Shown: positions 29,230 through 40,122, numbered from the stretch's first letter. The stretch is 64,000 bases of DNA from Dehalococcoidia bacterium (GCA_034435835.1 DAOTWF010000027.1:15725-79724), one strand, 5' to 3'. The notes: generated from the letters alone by a model not told the origin. Numbers and translations are program-made.

Positions 29230-29258
29230 TTGCAAGTTTGGGGCAATAGCTCTAATAT
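29230..29258 (+). promoter_or_regulatory. Promoter for the small ORF-argS-trpS unit
   Basis: TTGCAA-N17-TAATAT. Confidence 0.55.
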
Positions 29259-29304
29259 TTAAGCAGGCGGAATCGAATTATTATCGAAAGGAGGCAAGGG
29301 TTCT

Positions 29305-29409
29305 ATGGCAAAGGAGAGCCAGAAGAAGACAGCGTCGAAAGAGACCAAGTCCAGAGCGGCGAAAAAGTCAACGGCTGGTAAGGGCTGTAAAGCGCGCAAG
29401 AAGAGTTGA
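29305..29409 (+). CDS. Unannotated 34-aa Lys-rich small protein
   Basis: SD AGGAGG at 29289-29294; MAKESQKKTASKETKSRAAKKSTAGKGCKARKKS*. Confidence 0.6.
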   Translation: MAKESQKKTASKETKSRAAKKSTAGKGCKARKKS

Positions 29410-29425
29410 AATTTTTTGAATTCTG

Positions 29426-31093
29426 ATGTCCATTAAACAGAAGCTAGCTGAGGCATTGCAGCAAGGCATAGTGCGTGCCCGCAGGGAGGGCCTGCTTGCC
29501 AGTGAGTCTTTGCCCGAAATAGTCATAGAGCGCCCCCAGAACCCGAAGCACGGTGATTACGCCAGCGGTGTAGCGCTTAGACTGGCTCGTGCGGAAACCA
29601 AAGCATCAAGTCCTCTGGATATCGCTGAAAGAATTGTAAGATTCACCCCCAAGCTTCCTGAGATAGGACGCGTGCACGTTTTGCCCCCAGGTTTTATAAA
29701 TTTTGACCTGAGCCCTGAGTGGCTGTGCGGGCAGGTGCAGGTTGTGCTTGATAGCGGCCTTTCTTTTGGCAATGTTGATATAGGTAAGGGAAAATCGATC
29801 CAGATTGAGTTTGTTAGCGTGAACCCCACGGGACCTCTCCATGTAGGGCATGGACGGGGTGCGGTCTTGGGAAGTACCCTTGCTAATGTACTGGATGCTG
29901 CCGGGTATAAGGTGCAAAGGGAATACTACATTAATGATGCCGGCAGTCAGCTTGATGCCTTTTCACGGTCGCTTTATGCACGCTACCAGCAATACTTTGG
30001 CGTTGAAGCTGACGTGCCGGCTGATGGTTATATGGGTAACTATATGGTAAGTCTGGCTGAGGAGATTGCCCGTGAGCAGGGGGAACGTTTTTTGAATATG
30101 CCGGTAGAGTCTGCTACCAAAGAACTTGGTGAAATAGGTGTAAGAAAAATCCTGGAGATGATTAGACGTGATCTGGAGATGCTGGGCGTCGAGTTCGATG
30201 TCTGGTTTAGTGAAAGGAGTCTGTATAGCGGAGGACAGTACGAGAAGGTTATGAGTTTGCTGAAAGAGGGCGGTTATGTGGTAGAGAAGGAAAACGCTGT
30301 CTGGTTCACATCATCTGCTCTGGGCGATGATAAGGATAATGTGCTGGTGAGAAGCGATGGTTTGCCCACCTATTTCGCTTCTGACATTGCCTACCACTTT
30401 AACAAATTCGTGGAGCGGAAATTTGATGTAGCAGTTGATATCTGGGGGGCAGACCATCAGGGGCATGTGCCCCGCATGATGGCAGCAATAAGTGCTCTGG
30501 GGTTAGCTCCCGAGCGGCTTAGGATCATAATTTGCCAGTTGGTTACTCTACGTCGGGGCGACGAGGTGGTACGGGTATCTAAGCGCAGTGGTGATATTAT
30601 TACCTTGCGCGAGGTCATTGACGAGGTGGGCGCAGATGCCAGCAGGTTCTTTTTCCTTTCTCGGTCTGCAGATGCTCAGATGGATTTCGATCTGGAGCTG
30701 GCCAAAAAGCAATCAGCGGATAACCCGGTATATTATGTTCAATATGCGCATGCACGTATTTGCAGTATTCTGCGCCTAGCTCAGGAGAGGGGTATAGATT
30801 ATTCTTCGGGAGACGTCTCTTTGCTTACTACGGAGCCGGAGCAGGCGCTGATAAAACAGATGGCCTTATTGCCAGAGATGATGGAACTGATAGCCAGCAC
30901 TCTGGAGCCCCATCACCTCTTTTATTTCGCTCAGGACCTGGCTACCGTCTTTCACAGCTTCTATAAGCAGTGTCGGGTCATCTCAAAGAACCACGAACAG
31001 ACGCTTGCCAGGCTCAAGCTGGTCAAGGCGACTCAGATCGTTCTGGCCAAGGTCCTCGGCCTTATGGGTGTAAGTGCCCCGGAACGCATGTAA
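29426..31093 (+). CDS. argS: Arginine--tRNA ligase
   Basis: [42 protein letters not shown]. Confidence 0.98.
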   Translation: MSIKQKLAEALQQGIVRARREGLLASESLPEIVIERPQNPKHGDYASGVALRLARAETKASSPLDIAERIVRFTPKLPEIGRVHVLPPGFINFDLSPEWLCGQVQVVLDSGLSFGNVDIGKGKSIQIEFVSVNPTGPLHVGHGRGAVLGSTLANVLDAAGYKVQREYYINDAGSQLDAFSRSLYARYQQYFGVEADVPADGYMGNYMVSLAEEIAREQGERFLNMPVESATKELGEIGVRKILEMIRRDLEMLGVEFDVWFSERSLYSGGQYEKVMSLLKEGGYVVEKENAVWFTSSALGDDKDNVLVRSDGLPTYFASDIAYHFNKFVERKFDVAVDIWGADHQGHVPRMMAAISALGLAPERLRIIICQLVTLRRGDEVVRVSKRSGDIITLREVIDEVGADASRFFFLSRSADAQMDFDLELAKKQSADNPVYYVQYAHARICSILRLAQERGIDYSSGDVSLLTTEPEQALIKQMALLPEMMELIASTLEPHHLFYFAQDLATVFHSFYKQCRVISKNHEQTLARLKLVKATQIVLAKVLGLMGVSAPERM

Positions 31094-31161
31094 GTAAGCT
31101 CTGGACACAAAGCGAGAGTGCGTTTGTAGCTACTGATAATTTGTGATAAACTTCAAAAGAT

Positions 31162-32151
31162 ATGCGACAGCGCGTTTTTTCAGGTGCGCGCCCCACGGGC
31201 AGACAGCATATTGGTAACTATCTTGGCGCCATCCAAAACTATGTGGCACTTCAGGATGAATACGACTGTATCTATTGCATAGTGGATGTGCACGCGCTGA
31301 CCACCCTGGAGAACACGGGGCGGCTTCAGGCAGATATACGTGAGATGATGCTGGACTGGCTGGCTGCTGGCCTTGACCCTGAGAGAAGCATTCTTTTCGT
31401 GCAGTCTCACGTGCCCGAGGTGATGGAGCTTCATACTCTGTTAAGTATGGTTACACCTTTGGGATGGTTGCTCCGTGTACCTACATTTAAAGAAAAGGCG
31501 AGGATGCAGCCGCACAATGTGAACTATGGACTGGTCGGTTACCCGGTGCTGATGACTGCAGATATCGTTCTTTACAAGGCTGAGGTGGTTCCGGTGGGTG
31601 AAGACCAGCTACCTCACCTGGAGTTGGCACGGGAGATAGTCCGAAGGTTTAACAATCTTTTTGGCCCCACCTTTCCGGAGCCCCAGCCCAAGCTGACATC
31701 TTTTCCTCTGGTTATGGGATTGGATGGTGCACAGAAGATGAGCAAGAGTTATGGCAATCACATCGAGCTAGCGGCTTCACCCAAGGAGACGTTGGAACTG
31801 GTGATGACTGCTGTTACCGACCCTGCTCGAAGGTACCGCTCTGACCCCGGTCATCCTGAAATCTGTAATGTTTTTAGTCTGCACCGCTTTTTTAACCCTA
31901 CACGTGTGGATGAGGTTGCTGCTGAGTGCCGGACAGCAGGCATCGGTTGTGTTGACTGCAAGAGGCTGCTTGCTGATGGCATTAACTCGATGCTGGCACC
32001 ATTTCGGGAAAAGAGGACTTCGCTGGCGCATAACCAGGAGTATGTGACAGAGGTTATAGCTGCTGGCGCCAAACGTGCCCAGGTTATTGCTAGGGAGACG
32101 CTGGCCGAGGTCAAAGAGAAGATGGGGCTCATCTGGAAGCCGGGCACTTAA
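31162..32151 (+). CDS. trpS: Tryptophan--tRNA ligase
   Basis: RPTGRQHIGNY, YPVLMTADI, VPVGEDQ, KMSKS. Confidence 0.98.
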   Translation: MRQRVFSGARPTGRQHIGNYLGAIQNYVALQDEYDCIYCIVDVHALTTLENTGRLQADIREMMLDWLAAGLDPERSILFVQSHVPEVMELHTLLSMVTPLGWLLRVPTFKEKARMQPHNVNYGLVGYPVLMTADIVLYKAEVVPVGEDQLPHLELAREIVRRFNNLFGPTFPEPQPKLTSFPLVMGLDGAQKMSKSYGNHIELAASPKETLELVMTAVTDPARRYRSDPGHPEICNVFSLHRFFNPTRVDEVAAECRTAGIGCVDCKRLLADGINSMLAPFREKRTSLAHNQEYVTEVIAAGAKRAQVIARETLAEVKEKMGLIWKPGT

Positions 32152-32227
32152 CCACGTAGTTATTGGCTGTTATTTTGAAACTGGCGTCTTTTCACTTGGT
32201 ATAACATGGGATTATGGCAAGGTGCGT

Positions 32228-33022
32228 ATGAACAACATACCCGTGGCACAGAGTGGTAGGTCCTGTCGGGAGATAGCTATTGAGGCGGTTGAAATGGCGG
32301 GGCAGATCCTTGTGGAAGGCTTTGGAGTGGGAAGACAGGTCAATCAAAAAAGTCAGGGCAACCTCGTTACCGATATTGATGTTCTGGTAGAGAAAAAAGT
32401 AATAGAGTTTCTGCAGGGTGAGTACCCCGGACTCCAGATTCTTTCTGAAGAATCATCACCATCATCGGCGGTATCTCACTATACATGGATCGTTGACCCT
32501 TTGGATGGCACAAACAACTATGTTTTCGGTGTTCCATTTTTCTGTGTGAATGTTGCTTTAGCTAAGGGCGAGGAGGTCTTTTTGGGGGTGACCTACGACC
32601 CGCTGAGAAGAGAGCTTTTTGTAGCTGAAAAAGGTCATGGTGCCTATCTGAACGGTTCTAAGGTGCGGGTAGCCCAGGAAAATTTGCTTGAGAAATCTTT
32701 ATTGGGTTTAGACCTGGGTTATGAACGGGAAGCCGGTAAGGAGTTATTAAAGATAGCGGGCGAGCTGTGGTGGCAGGTTCACTGCTTGCGGCTTTTAGGG
32801 TCAGCGTCCTTAGGGTTAGCATATGTAGCTTGCGGGAGATTCAATCTCTATATCCACCGCTTTCTTTATCCTTGGGATATTGCCAGCGGGCTGTTGCTTG
32901 TCGCAGAAGCCGGGGGCAGGGTTGTGGATTGGGAAGGGAAATCTGCCAGTCTTTTCTCTCAGGAAATCATTGCAGGAAATGAAAAACTTTGCACAGAGTT
33001 TATTTCACGCTTTGCAGGGTAG
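32228..33022 (+). CDS. Inositol monophosphatase family protein
   Basis: LVTDID, ILSEE, WIVDPLDGTNNY, WDIASG; start placed at ATG 32228. Confidence 0.92.
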   Translation: MNNIPVAQSGRSCREIAIEAVEMAGQILVEGFGVGRQVNQKSQGNLVTDIDVLVEKKVIEFLQGEYPGLQILSEESSPSSAVSHYTWIVDPLDGTNNYVFGVPFFCVNVALAKGEEVFLGVTYDPLRRELFVAEKGHGAYLNGSKVRVAQENLLEKSLLGLDLGYEREAGKELLKIAGELWWQVHCLRLLGSASLGLAYVACGRFNLYIHRFLYPWDIASGLLLVAEAGGRVVDWEGKSASLFSQEIIAGNEKLCTEFISRFAG

Positions 33023-33102
33023 GGGACGAGCCAGAGATAAAGGACAGGGTTCACACTCTGTACTGATTGGCCATGTAAAGGACCGAATAACTTACACCCT
33101 GT

Positions 33103-34314
33103 CTAGTGTGGTGCTGTATTGAGGTGCCGATGGACAAACCTTTCCATCCTGCGCAAAGCCTCTTCGATCTCTCTCAAAGACGTTGCATAGCAGCAGCGTA
33201 TGTGGCCCTCGCCGTTTGTGCCGAAGGCTGTTCCCGGAACGACGGCAACCCTCTCCTCCATTAGCAGTCTTTCGGCAAACTCTTCGGAGGTCATGCCGGT
33301 GACCCTTATCGAGGGAAAAACGTAAAAAGCCCCTTCAGGCTCAAAGCACGACAGTCCTAAGTCTCTGAGGCCCTTCACGATAACACGCCTTCGGCGGTCG
33401 TATTCTTCGACCATGGCAGCTACATCTTTTTCCCCCGCCTTAAGCGCTTCTGTTGCTGCCATCTGGCTCATTATGGGGGCACACAGCATTGTATACTGGT
33501 GAATTTTCGTCATTGCTGCGATGACCTCGCGTCCTGACGCAGCATAACCAATCCTCCACCCCGTCATGGCGTAGGCTTTGGAGAAGCCATCCAGCAGTAT
33601 AGTGCGGTCCTTCATTCCCGGTAGACTGGCAACACAGGTATGCTCGACACCGTACACCAGATGTCCATAGACTTCGTCTGAGATAATCAGCAAATTGTGT
33701 CGCTTGGCAAGTTCAGTGATTTGGAGTAACTCCTCCCTGCTCAAAACTGTCCCGGTTGGGTTTGCAGGGTATCCAAAGAGAATGGCCTGTGTCTTGGGGG
33801 TGATCTGTCGGGCTATATTTTCTGCGGTCAGTTTAAAGCCATTATCTTCGCTGGTGAGTACAGGGACAGGTATTCCTCCAGCCAAGGCAACACAGGCAGG
33901 ATAGGCGACATAACAAGGGTCGGGGATGATGACTTCATCGCCCGGATTGAGTATCGCTCGCAGGGCAAGGTCAAGCCCTTCGCTTACGCCAACCGTGATC
34001 AGAATTTCTTCTTCGGGATCATAGTCCAGCCCGTACCGGGAGTAGAGGTATCTTGACAGTTCCTGGCGCAGCTCTGGCATACCTTTGTTCGAGGTATACA
34101 TAGTGTAACCCTTTTCCAGAGCATAGATAGCGTACTCACGGATATGCCACGGCGTGACGAAATCGGGCTCACCCACCCCCAGCGATATGACATCTTCCAT
34201 GGAGGCTATCAGGTCAAAAAACTTTCTTATCCCTGAAGGTGGTAAAGCACGTACTGTATCGGCGATATGGATGTGCACATTGGCCTTCGATTGACTGGAG
34301 CTGCCCGAATGCAT
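33103..34314 (-). CDS. Class I/II PLP aminotransferase
   Basis: GEPDF, YTSNKG, NPTG, SDEVY, GFSKAYAMTGWRIG. Confidence 0.95.
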   Translation of the reverse strand: MHSGSSSQSKANVHIHIADTVRALPPSGIRKFFDLIASMEDVISLGVGEPDFVTPWHIREYAIYALEKGYTMYTSNKGMPELRQELSRYLYSRYGLDYDPEEEILITVGVSEGLDLALRAILNPGDEVIIPDPCYVAYPACVALAGGIPVPVLTSEDNGFKLTAENIARQITPKTQAILFGYPANPTGTVLSREELLQITELAKRHNLLIISDEVYGHLVYGVEHTCVASLPGMKDRTILLDGFSKAYAMTGWRIGYAASGREVIAAMTKIHQYTMLCAPIMSQMAATEALKAGEKDVAAMVEEYDRRRRVIVKGLRDLGLSCFEPEGAFYVFPSIRVTGMTSEEFAERLLMEERVAVVPGTAFGTNGEGHIRCCYATSLREIEEALRRMERFVHRHLNTAPH

Positions 34315-34329
34315 ATTACTTTCCCTGCG

Positions 34330-34809
34330 TTATGGAGTTACAGGTAGGCGTTTGGCACCTTCGCCGCCTTCTAAGATTTCACCATCTTCTTTGTATTTCT
34401 TGAGTATAAAGTGGGTTACTGTGCCCTGGACCGTTTCCAGCGGCGCCAGTTTTTCTGATACAAAGACGGCGACCTCCTGCATGGTTCTGCCTACAACGAG
34501 GACCGCTAAGTCATAGGTGCCCGAGGCGAGATACACTGAGCGTGCTTCCGGAAATCTATATATGCGCTCGGCTATGGCGTCGAATCCTACATTACGCTGT
34601 GGGGTCACCTTCACTTCAACCAGTGCCCATACCTGTTCTTCACCCGCCTTAGCCCAGTTTATCACTGTTTTATATCGAAGTATTGTCTTGTCCTCTTCCG
34701 CCTTTTTAATTATTTCCCTTACTTCGCCGGCTGGGATTTCGGTCATGGTTGAGATTTGCTCGGGTGTGAGGCGAGCATCACCCTCGAGTGCCTTAAGGAC
34801 TTTTTTCAT
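34330..34809 (-). CDS. Lrp/AsnC family regulator
   Basis: N-terminal HTH (DARLTPEQIS), C-terminal RAM domain (SGTYDL...VTHFILKKYK); start at ATG 34809 after AAGGAG. Confidence 0.9.
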   Translation of the reverse strand: MKKVLKALEGDARLTPEQISTMTEIPAGEVREIIKKAEEDKTILRYKTVINWAKAGEEQVWALVEVKVTPQRNVGFDAIAERIYRFPEARSVYLASGTYDLAVLVVGRTMQEVAVFVSEKLAPLETVQGTVTHFILKKYKEDGEILEGGEGAKRLPVTP

Positions 34810-35048
34810 GGCTTCTCCTTTAGACTTTGTGCTTTCAGCCACCATCTGTCTTCTGTCTCATTATAGCAGAGTTCGTATATATCCTCACCTTCTGTAAGCA
34901 CCCTGAAAAACCTTCCGTCAGGTTCAAGCCACTCCTTTTCTATACGTGCAATTTTAAACATCCTTCCTTGCCATGTAAAGGAACAAGGCCTCTCGGGGTA
35001 TTTGTACCCTGAGTAGCATTCTACTTTTACCTGCCCTTCCTGATGCAT
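34806..35048 (-). CDS. Small DUF6504-like protein
   Basis: V.VECYSGY.YPERP..F.WQG...I..I...W.EP..RFFRV.TE...YEL.Y.....W.L pattern. The family name is from memory; the start could be 35081. Confidence 0.7.
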   Translation of the reverse strand: MHQEGQVKVECYSGYKYPERPCSFTWQGRMFKIARIEKEWLEPDGRFFRVLTEGEDIYELCYNETEDRWWLKAQSLKEKP

Positions 35049-35053
35049 GGCGG

Positions 35054-36517
35054 CTAGATTGCCGGTTTTCTCTTCTGCCATTCGGTGGCTTGTTCGTAGG
35101 CAAAGGCTATGCGGAGGATTGTCTCCTCATCGAAGGGTTTGCCGATAATCTGCATGCCTACAGGTAAGCCGTTGGCAAACCCGGCGGGGATGGAAATCGC
35201 CGGGAGTCCAGCGATGTTCACTGGTAGGGTGCATACATCGCTAAGGTACATCTGGAGGGGATCGTCTATCCTTTCGCCCAGTTTGAACGGTACGGTTGGT
35301 GAGGTCGGTGTGACCAGAGCATCATACTTCTGGAATACCTGCTCGAACTCATTCTTGATTAGGGTGCGGACCCTCTGTGCTTTAAGATAATATGCGTCAT
35401 AATAGCCAGCGGAGAGGGCATAAGTGCCCAGCATTATTCTCCTTTTGACCTCGGGCCCGAAGCCGTTTTGTTTGGTCTTTTCCATCGCTTCCCACATATT
35501 GTCAGCTTCCCGGCACGAATACCCGTATTTTACCCCATCGTATCGGGCTAGGTTTGCTGAAGCTTCAGAAGGAGCTAAGATATAGTAAACGGCGAGGGCA
35601 TATCCTGTGTGTGGCAGGGAAACATCGGTGTCAACTCTTGCCCCCATTTCCTCAAGTTTTCTTATCGCTACTTCGAGCACTGTCCTTACCTCCTGTTGCA
35701 TGCCCTCTACAAAGTATTCTCGCGGGACGCCAAGCCGCAGGTTCTTAATTTCCGGAATCAGAGCCCTAGTGTAATCAGGGACCGAGTAGGGGGCTGTAGT
35801 AGAGTCGTTCGGATCGTTGCCGGCGATAGCATTCAGAACCAGAGCGCAATCGGTAACGTCCTTTGTTATGGGACCGATCTGATCCAGTGAGCTAGCGAAG
35901 GCAACCAGGCCAAACCGACTGACTCTACCATAAGTCGGTTTTAGTCCGACGACGTTGCAAAACCCGGCTGGCTGGCGGATGCTGCCACCGGTGTCTGAGC
36001 CGAGTGCGTAGATTGCCTCATCGGCGGCTATGGCTGCTGCTGATCCACCACTACTACCGCCGGGAACATGGCTCAAATCCCACGGGTTTCTGGTGGGGAA
36101 GAAGGCGGAGTTCTCGGTGGATGAGCCCATGGCGAATTCATCCATGTTGGTCTTTCCCAGAATGACCACATTTCTGGCTTTGAGATGTCTGATTACTGTG
36201 GCATCGTATGGCGGGATAAAGTTCTGCAGCATTTTTGATGAACAGGTCGTCTTTATGCCTTTAGTGCAGATGTTATCTTTAATCAGTGCAGGTATGCCAG
36301 TGAGAGGGTCGATATTTTCGTTGCTCCTGATGAGCCTGTCGGCTTCTCTTGCTTGCTCTAACGCGATGTCGAGGCATATAGTAACGCAGGCTTGGATTTT
36401 ACTTTCGACCTGCTCTATGCGTTTCAAACAGGCGCTGGTCAGTTCGATAGAGGACAAGCTCCGCTGTCTCAGTAACTGGTGAGCTTGGTGGATTGTTAAC
36501 CTATAGAGGTCATCCAT
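35054..36517 (-). CDS. gatA: Glu-tRNA(Gln)/Asp-tRNA(Asn) amidotransferase subunit A
   Basis: [45 protein letters not shown]. Confidence 0.98.
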   Translation of the reverse strand: MDDLYRLTIHQAHQLLRQRSLSSIELTSACLKRIEQVESKIQACVTICLDIALEQAREADRLIRSNENIDPLTGIPALIKDNICTKGIKTTCSSKMLQNFIPPYDATVIRHLKARNVVILGKTNMDEFAMGSSTENSAFFPTRNPWDLSHVPGGSSGGSAAAIAADEAIYALGSDTGGSIRQPAGFCNVVGLKPTYGRVSRFGLVAFASSLDQIGPITKDVTDCALVLNAIAGNDPNDSTTAPYSVPDYTRALIPEIKNLRLGVPREYFVEGMQQEVRTVLEVAIRKLEEMGARVDTDVSLPHTGYALAVYYILAPSEASANLARYDGVKYGYSCREADNMWEAMEKTKQNGFGPEVKRRIMLGTYALSAGYYDAYYLKAQRVRTLIKNEFEQVFQKYDALVTPTSPTVPFKLGERIDDPLQMYLSDVCTLPVNIAGLPAISIPAGFANGLPVGMQIIGKPFDEETILRIAFAYEQATEWQKRKPAI

Positions 36518-36529
36518 GGTGATAATTCT

Positions 36530-36817
36530 CTATTCGAGTACTGCGTGTATCTTGAAATAATTTCCCTCCCGCTGGGGGGCGTTAGCTAGGATTTCTTCTG
36601 GATCGTACGAGGGGCTAGGCTCGTCCTCTCTGAAGACATTCTGCAGGGAGATAGACTGTGTCATGGGTGGTAAGCCGGTAGTATCTACCTGCCTTAGTAT
36701 TTCAAAATTCTCCAGTATATTGGATAGCTGGACACTGAACCTTTCAATCTCCTCCTCGCTCAGCCCCAATCTGACCAAACGTGCCAGATGCAATACTTCT
36801 TCGCGTCGCAGTTTCAT
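36530..36817 (-). CDS. gatC: Amidotransferase subunit C
   Basis: EEVLHLARLVRL...FREDE...ILANAP...YFKI; directly upstream of gatA. Confidence 0.95.
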   Translation of the reverse strand: MKLRREEVLHLARLVRLGLSEEEIERFSVQLSNILENFEILRQVDTTGLPPMTQSISLQNVFREDEPSPSYDPEEILANAPQREGNYFKIHAVLE

Positions 36818-36907
36818 GTGTTTTCCTTTCGGGATGATGTGAATATCAATTATAGCACATGCATACGGGAAGGTCTTTTGCCAAGTGTGGATACTCGTTC
36901 GCTTGCC

Positions 36908-36937
36908 TTGACGGTGGGATTAAGAGATTGCTACAAT
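36908..36937 (+). promoter_or_regulatory. Promoter for the EF-G-like gene
   Basis: TTGACG-N18-TACAAT with TG extension. Confidence 0.55.
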
Positions 36938-36976
36938 TCAATGTCGCTGCTCACTAAGTATAAGGGGTATGAAAGC

Positions 36977-39046
36977 GTGCATCATTTCGATCCAACGAAG
37001 ATCCGTAATGTAGTTTTGCTGTCTCATTCGGGTGCGGGGAAAACATCGCTCGGGGAAGCTATGCTGTTTTGCTCCGGAGTGATAAGCCGTTTGGGCAGTG
37101 TAGTGGATGGTACTACTGTCTCTGACTACGACCCCGCTGAGATAAAGCGTCAGATTAGCATTAACCTCTCAGTATTACCTTACCAGTGGAGAGAGTGTAA
37201 GCTGAACATAATTGATACCCCGGGATATCCTGATTTTGTGGGCGAAGTAAAAGCCGGCATCAGGATTTGTGAGGGAGCTATTGTGGTGGTCTGTGCTGTC
37301 TCGGGTGCAGAGGTAGGCACCGAGCAGGTCTGGGGCTATGTTAATGAGGCAAACTTGCCCTGCTTTATCTTTGTCAACAAAATGGATCGTGAAAATGCCA
37401 ACTTTTTCAGCGTTTTAAAGGATATTCAAGCTAAACTTAGTACCAGGTGTTTACCGATCCAGCTACCCATAGGTTCTCAAAAGGACTTTCAGGGGGTGGT
37501 AGACCTAGTGCAAAAGAAAGGGTATGCCGGTACCGGGACACAGTTAAAAGAGGTGGAGATACCGGCATCATTAGCAGAGGACGTCGCTTCTTACCGTGAA
37601 AAGCTGGTCGAAGCTGTTATTGAGGTTGATGACGAGCTTATTAGCAGGTATCTGGAGGGCGGCGAGATTAGCCACGAGGAACTTTACAAATGCATTAAAG
37701 AGGCTGTAAGGCAAAGAAAGGTGGTACCGGTCTTTGTAGGGTCTGCTTTGAAGAATATTGCAGTGAACCTGCTGATGGACGCGGTGGTCGATTATCTACC
37801 TTCTCTTGCAGAGTGCTGTGATATCAAGGCCATAAATGTGTCAACAGGAGCTGAGGAGGCTGTGCAACCGGTGGCTAACGCGCCACTCTCTGCCCTTGTG
37901 TTTAAGACGGTGAATGACCCGCGCGTGGGCAAGATTAGCTACTTTCGGGTGTATTCGGGGACTATCTCAAGTAACTCTCAAGTCTGGAACTCTGAGAAGA
38001 GCACTGCCGAGAGGGTGGGACAGCTTTTCGTAGTACGGGGCAAGACGCAGGAGCCGGTGGCTCAACTGGTTGCTGGTGATATCGGTGCCGTGGCAAAGCT
38101 TGCGGTGACGAGCACCGGAGACACTCTGAGTGTTCGTGAGCACCCCTTAAGGCTTCCTGCCATCAGCTTTCCTCAGCCGGTGTTGAATATGGCAGTCCAC
38201 CCTAAATCAAGGGCTGACCTGGACAAGATGAGCACGGTGTTACCCAAGCTTTGTGAGGAGGATCCGACATTGAAGGTGCAACGGGAGGTAGATATAGGCG
38301 AGATCCTGCTTTGCGGGACGGGTGAGGCACATCTGGAGACTGCTGCCGAAAAGTTGTCCAGCAAGTATGGGGTTGAAGTGAGTCTGGAGCTACCGAAGGT
38401 GCCATACAGGGAAACGGTAACTGTGCCCGTCAAGGCAGAGTACAAGCACAAAAAGCAGACTGGCGGTCATGGACAGTACGGTCATGTTTTCCTGGAGCTG
38501 GAGCCTCTGCCCAGAGGTTCTGGATTTGAGTTTACTGAGAGAGTCGTTGGCGGGGCTGTGCCCAGGAACTATATCCCGGCGGTGGAGAAGGGGGTCAATG
38601 AGGCAAGAACAGAAGGCGTACTGGCAGGCTACCCGGTGGTTGACATAAGGGTAACCCTTTACGATGGGAGTTCCCACCCAGTTGATTCCTCGGACATGGC
38701 TTTCAAAATAGCCGGGGCACAGGCTTTGAAGAAGGGGCTGGCACAGGGGCAGCCGGTGCTGCTCGAGCCGGTAGTGAATCTGACAATTACTGTGCCGGAA
38801 TCGTTTACTGGCGACATAATCGGTGATCTCAATACCAAGCGGGCGCGCGTGCTTGGCATGAGGCCTGTGGACGGACTTAATGTCATCCAGGCACAGGCAC
38901 CTCTAGCGGAAGTATTGCGCTATGCGGTTGATCTGCGGTCAATAACACAGGGGCGTGGCACCTTCACGATGGAGTTCAGTCATTATGAGGAGGTACCGCC
39001 GCAGATCGCACAAAAGATCATAGCGCAGCGCGCCCAATCACAATGA
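36977..39046 (+). CDS. Elongation factor G, divergent EF-G2-like paralogue
   Basis: G1 SHSGAGKT (not AHIDAGKT), DTPGYPDF, NKMD, YKHKKQTGGHGQYG, GSSHPVDSSDMAF. Start GTG 36977 or ATG 36941. Confidence 0.9.
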   Translation: MHHFDPTKIRNVVLLSHSGAGKTSLGEAMLFCSGVISRLGSVVDGTTVSDYDPAEIKRQISINLSVLPYQWRECKLNIIDTPGYPDFVGEVKAGIRICEGAIVVVCAVSGAEVGTEQVWGYVNEANLPCFIFVNKMDRENANFFSVLKDIQAKLSTRCLPIQLPIGSQKDFQGVVDLVQKKGYAGTGTQLKEVEIPASLAEDVASYREKLVEAVIEVDDELISRYLEGGEISHEELYKCIKEAVRQRKVVPVFVGSALKNIAVNLLMDAVVDYLPSLAECCDIKAINVSTGAEEAVQPVANAPLSALVFKTVNDPRVGKISYFRVYSGTISSNSQVWNSEKSTAERVGQLFVVRGKTQEPVAQLVAGDIGAVAKLAVTSTGDTLSVREHPLRLPAISFPQPVLNMAVHPKSRADLDKMSTVLPKLCEEDPTLKVQREVDIGEILLCGTGEAHLETAAEKLSSKYGVEVSLELPKVPYRETVTVPVKAEYKHKKQTGGHGQYGHVFLELEPLPRGSGFEFTERVVGGAVPRNYIPAVEKGVNEARTEGVLAGYPVVDIRVTLYDGSSHPVDSSDMAFKIAGAQALKKGLAQGQPVLLEPVVNLTITVPESFTGDIIGDLNTKRARVLGMRPVDGLNVIQAQAPLAEVLRYAVDLRSITQGRGTFTMEFSHYEEVPPQIAQKIIAQRAQSQ

Positions 39047-39094
39047 GTTGGGAAGGTTCTCTTCTGTTCGTTGCTGCTAGTATTTTCGGTTGTC

Positions 39095-40093
39095 CTAGCC
39101 CGCTAGCAACTCTTTCGCCTTCTCGGTGAAGGCAGGCAGAACTTGCTTCCAGTCACCTACCACACCGAAACGGGCTTCCTTAAAGATGTTGGCTTCAGGG
39201 TCTTTGTTGATAGCCACGATATTTTTGGCACCCGAGCAACCGGCTATGTGCTGACTGGCACCTGAGATGCCCACAGCGATATAGAGTTCCGGCGTGACTA
39301 TTTTTCCGGTTAAGCCAATCTGTACGGTGTCCGGTACCCACTTGTTATCGCAAGGAGGCCTGGAAGCTCCTACCGCACCTTTAAGGAGTTTTGCGAGCTC
39401 TTCCAACTGTTTGAAGCCTTCGGGGCCACCGATGCCTCTGCCTCCAGCGACCACGGTCTGCGCGTCCTCCAGTTTAATCCCGACCACTTCCTCTTTCACT
39501 GTCTGCAGGACCTTCGCCCTGATTTTAGCCGGGTCGATCTCTACCTTCAGGGACACCACTTCACCCTTTCTGGACGGATCGGGTTCCAGTGGTGTCATTG
39601 CTTTTTGTCTCACTGTTGCCATCTGGGGGAAAGACTCTGTGGTAAATACGGCACGGGCATTGCCACCGTATACCGGGCGAATTTGCTGGATCAACTTGGT
39701 TGCGGGATCGATGCTCAGCTCTACACAGTCCATAGACAGCCCGGTTGCCAGTCGAAAAGCCAGCCTGGGAGCAAGGTCGCGCCCTATCGATGTTTGTCCA
39801 AGCAGCAGGACGCGCGGCATTATTTCCTTCACCGCTTTTTCCATAACTAAGAGGTAGGCGTCTGCTTGGTATTCTTTCAGCAGTGGGTCTTCAACGATGT
39901 AAACTTTATCTCCCCCGCTGGCTATGGCGCTATTAGCGATATCAGCAACTTTTTCGCCCACCAATATACAGAAAAGGTTCTCTTTCAGTTCATCAGCCAG
40001 ACGGCGGCCGCAACCCAAAAGTTCTGCCGTGATTGTTGCCAGTTTCCCGTCGACAGTCTCGCCGAACACTAGAACATTTTTATACTCAGCCAT
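39095..40093 (-). CDS. etfA: Electron transfer flavoprotein subunit alpha
   Basis: RPVYGG, VAGGRG, QIGLTGK, YIAVGISGASQH, AINKDPEANIF. Confidence 0.96.
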   Translation of the reverse strand: MAEYKNVLVFGETVDGKLATITAELLGCGRRLADELKENLFCILVGEKVADIANSAIASGGDKVYIVEDPLLKEYQADAYLLVMEKAVKEIMPRVLLLGQTSIGRDLAPRLAFRLATGLSMDCVELSIDPATKLIQQIRPVYGGNARAVFTTESFPQMATVRQKAMTPLEPDPSRKGEVVSLKVEIDPAKIRAKVLQTVKEEVVGIKLEDAQTVVAGGRGIGGPEGFKQLEELAKLLKGAVGASRPPCDNKWVPDTVQIGLTGKIVTPELYIAVGISGASQHIAGCSGAKNIVAINKDPEANIFKEARFGVVGDWKQVLPAFTEKAKELLAG

Positions 40094-40122
40094 TGGTGAC
40101 CTCCTGCAAATTCTTTTCAGCT

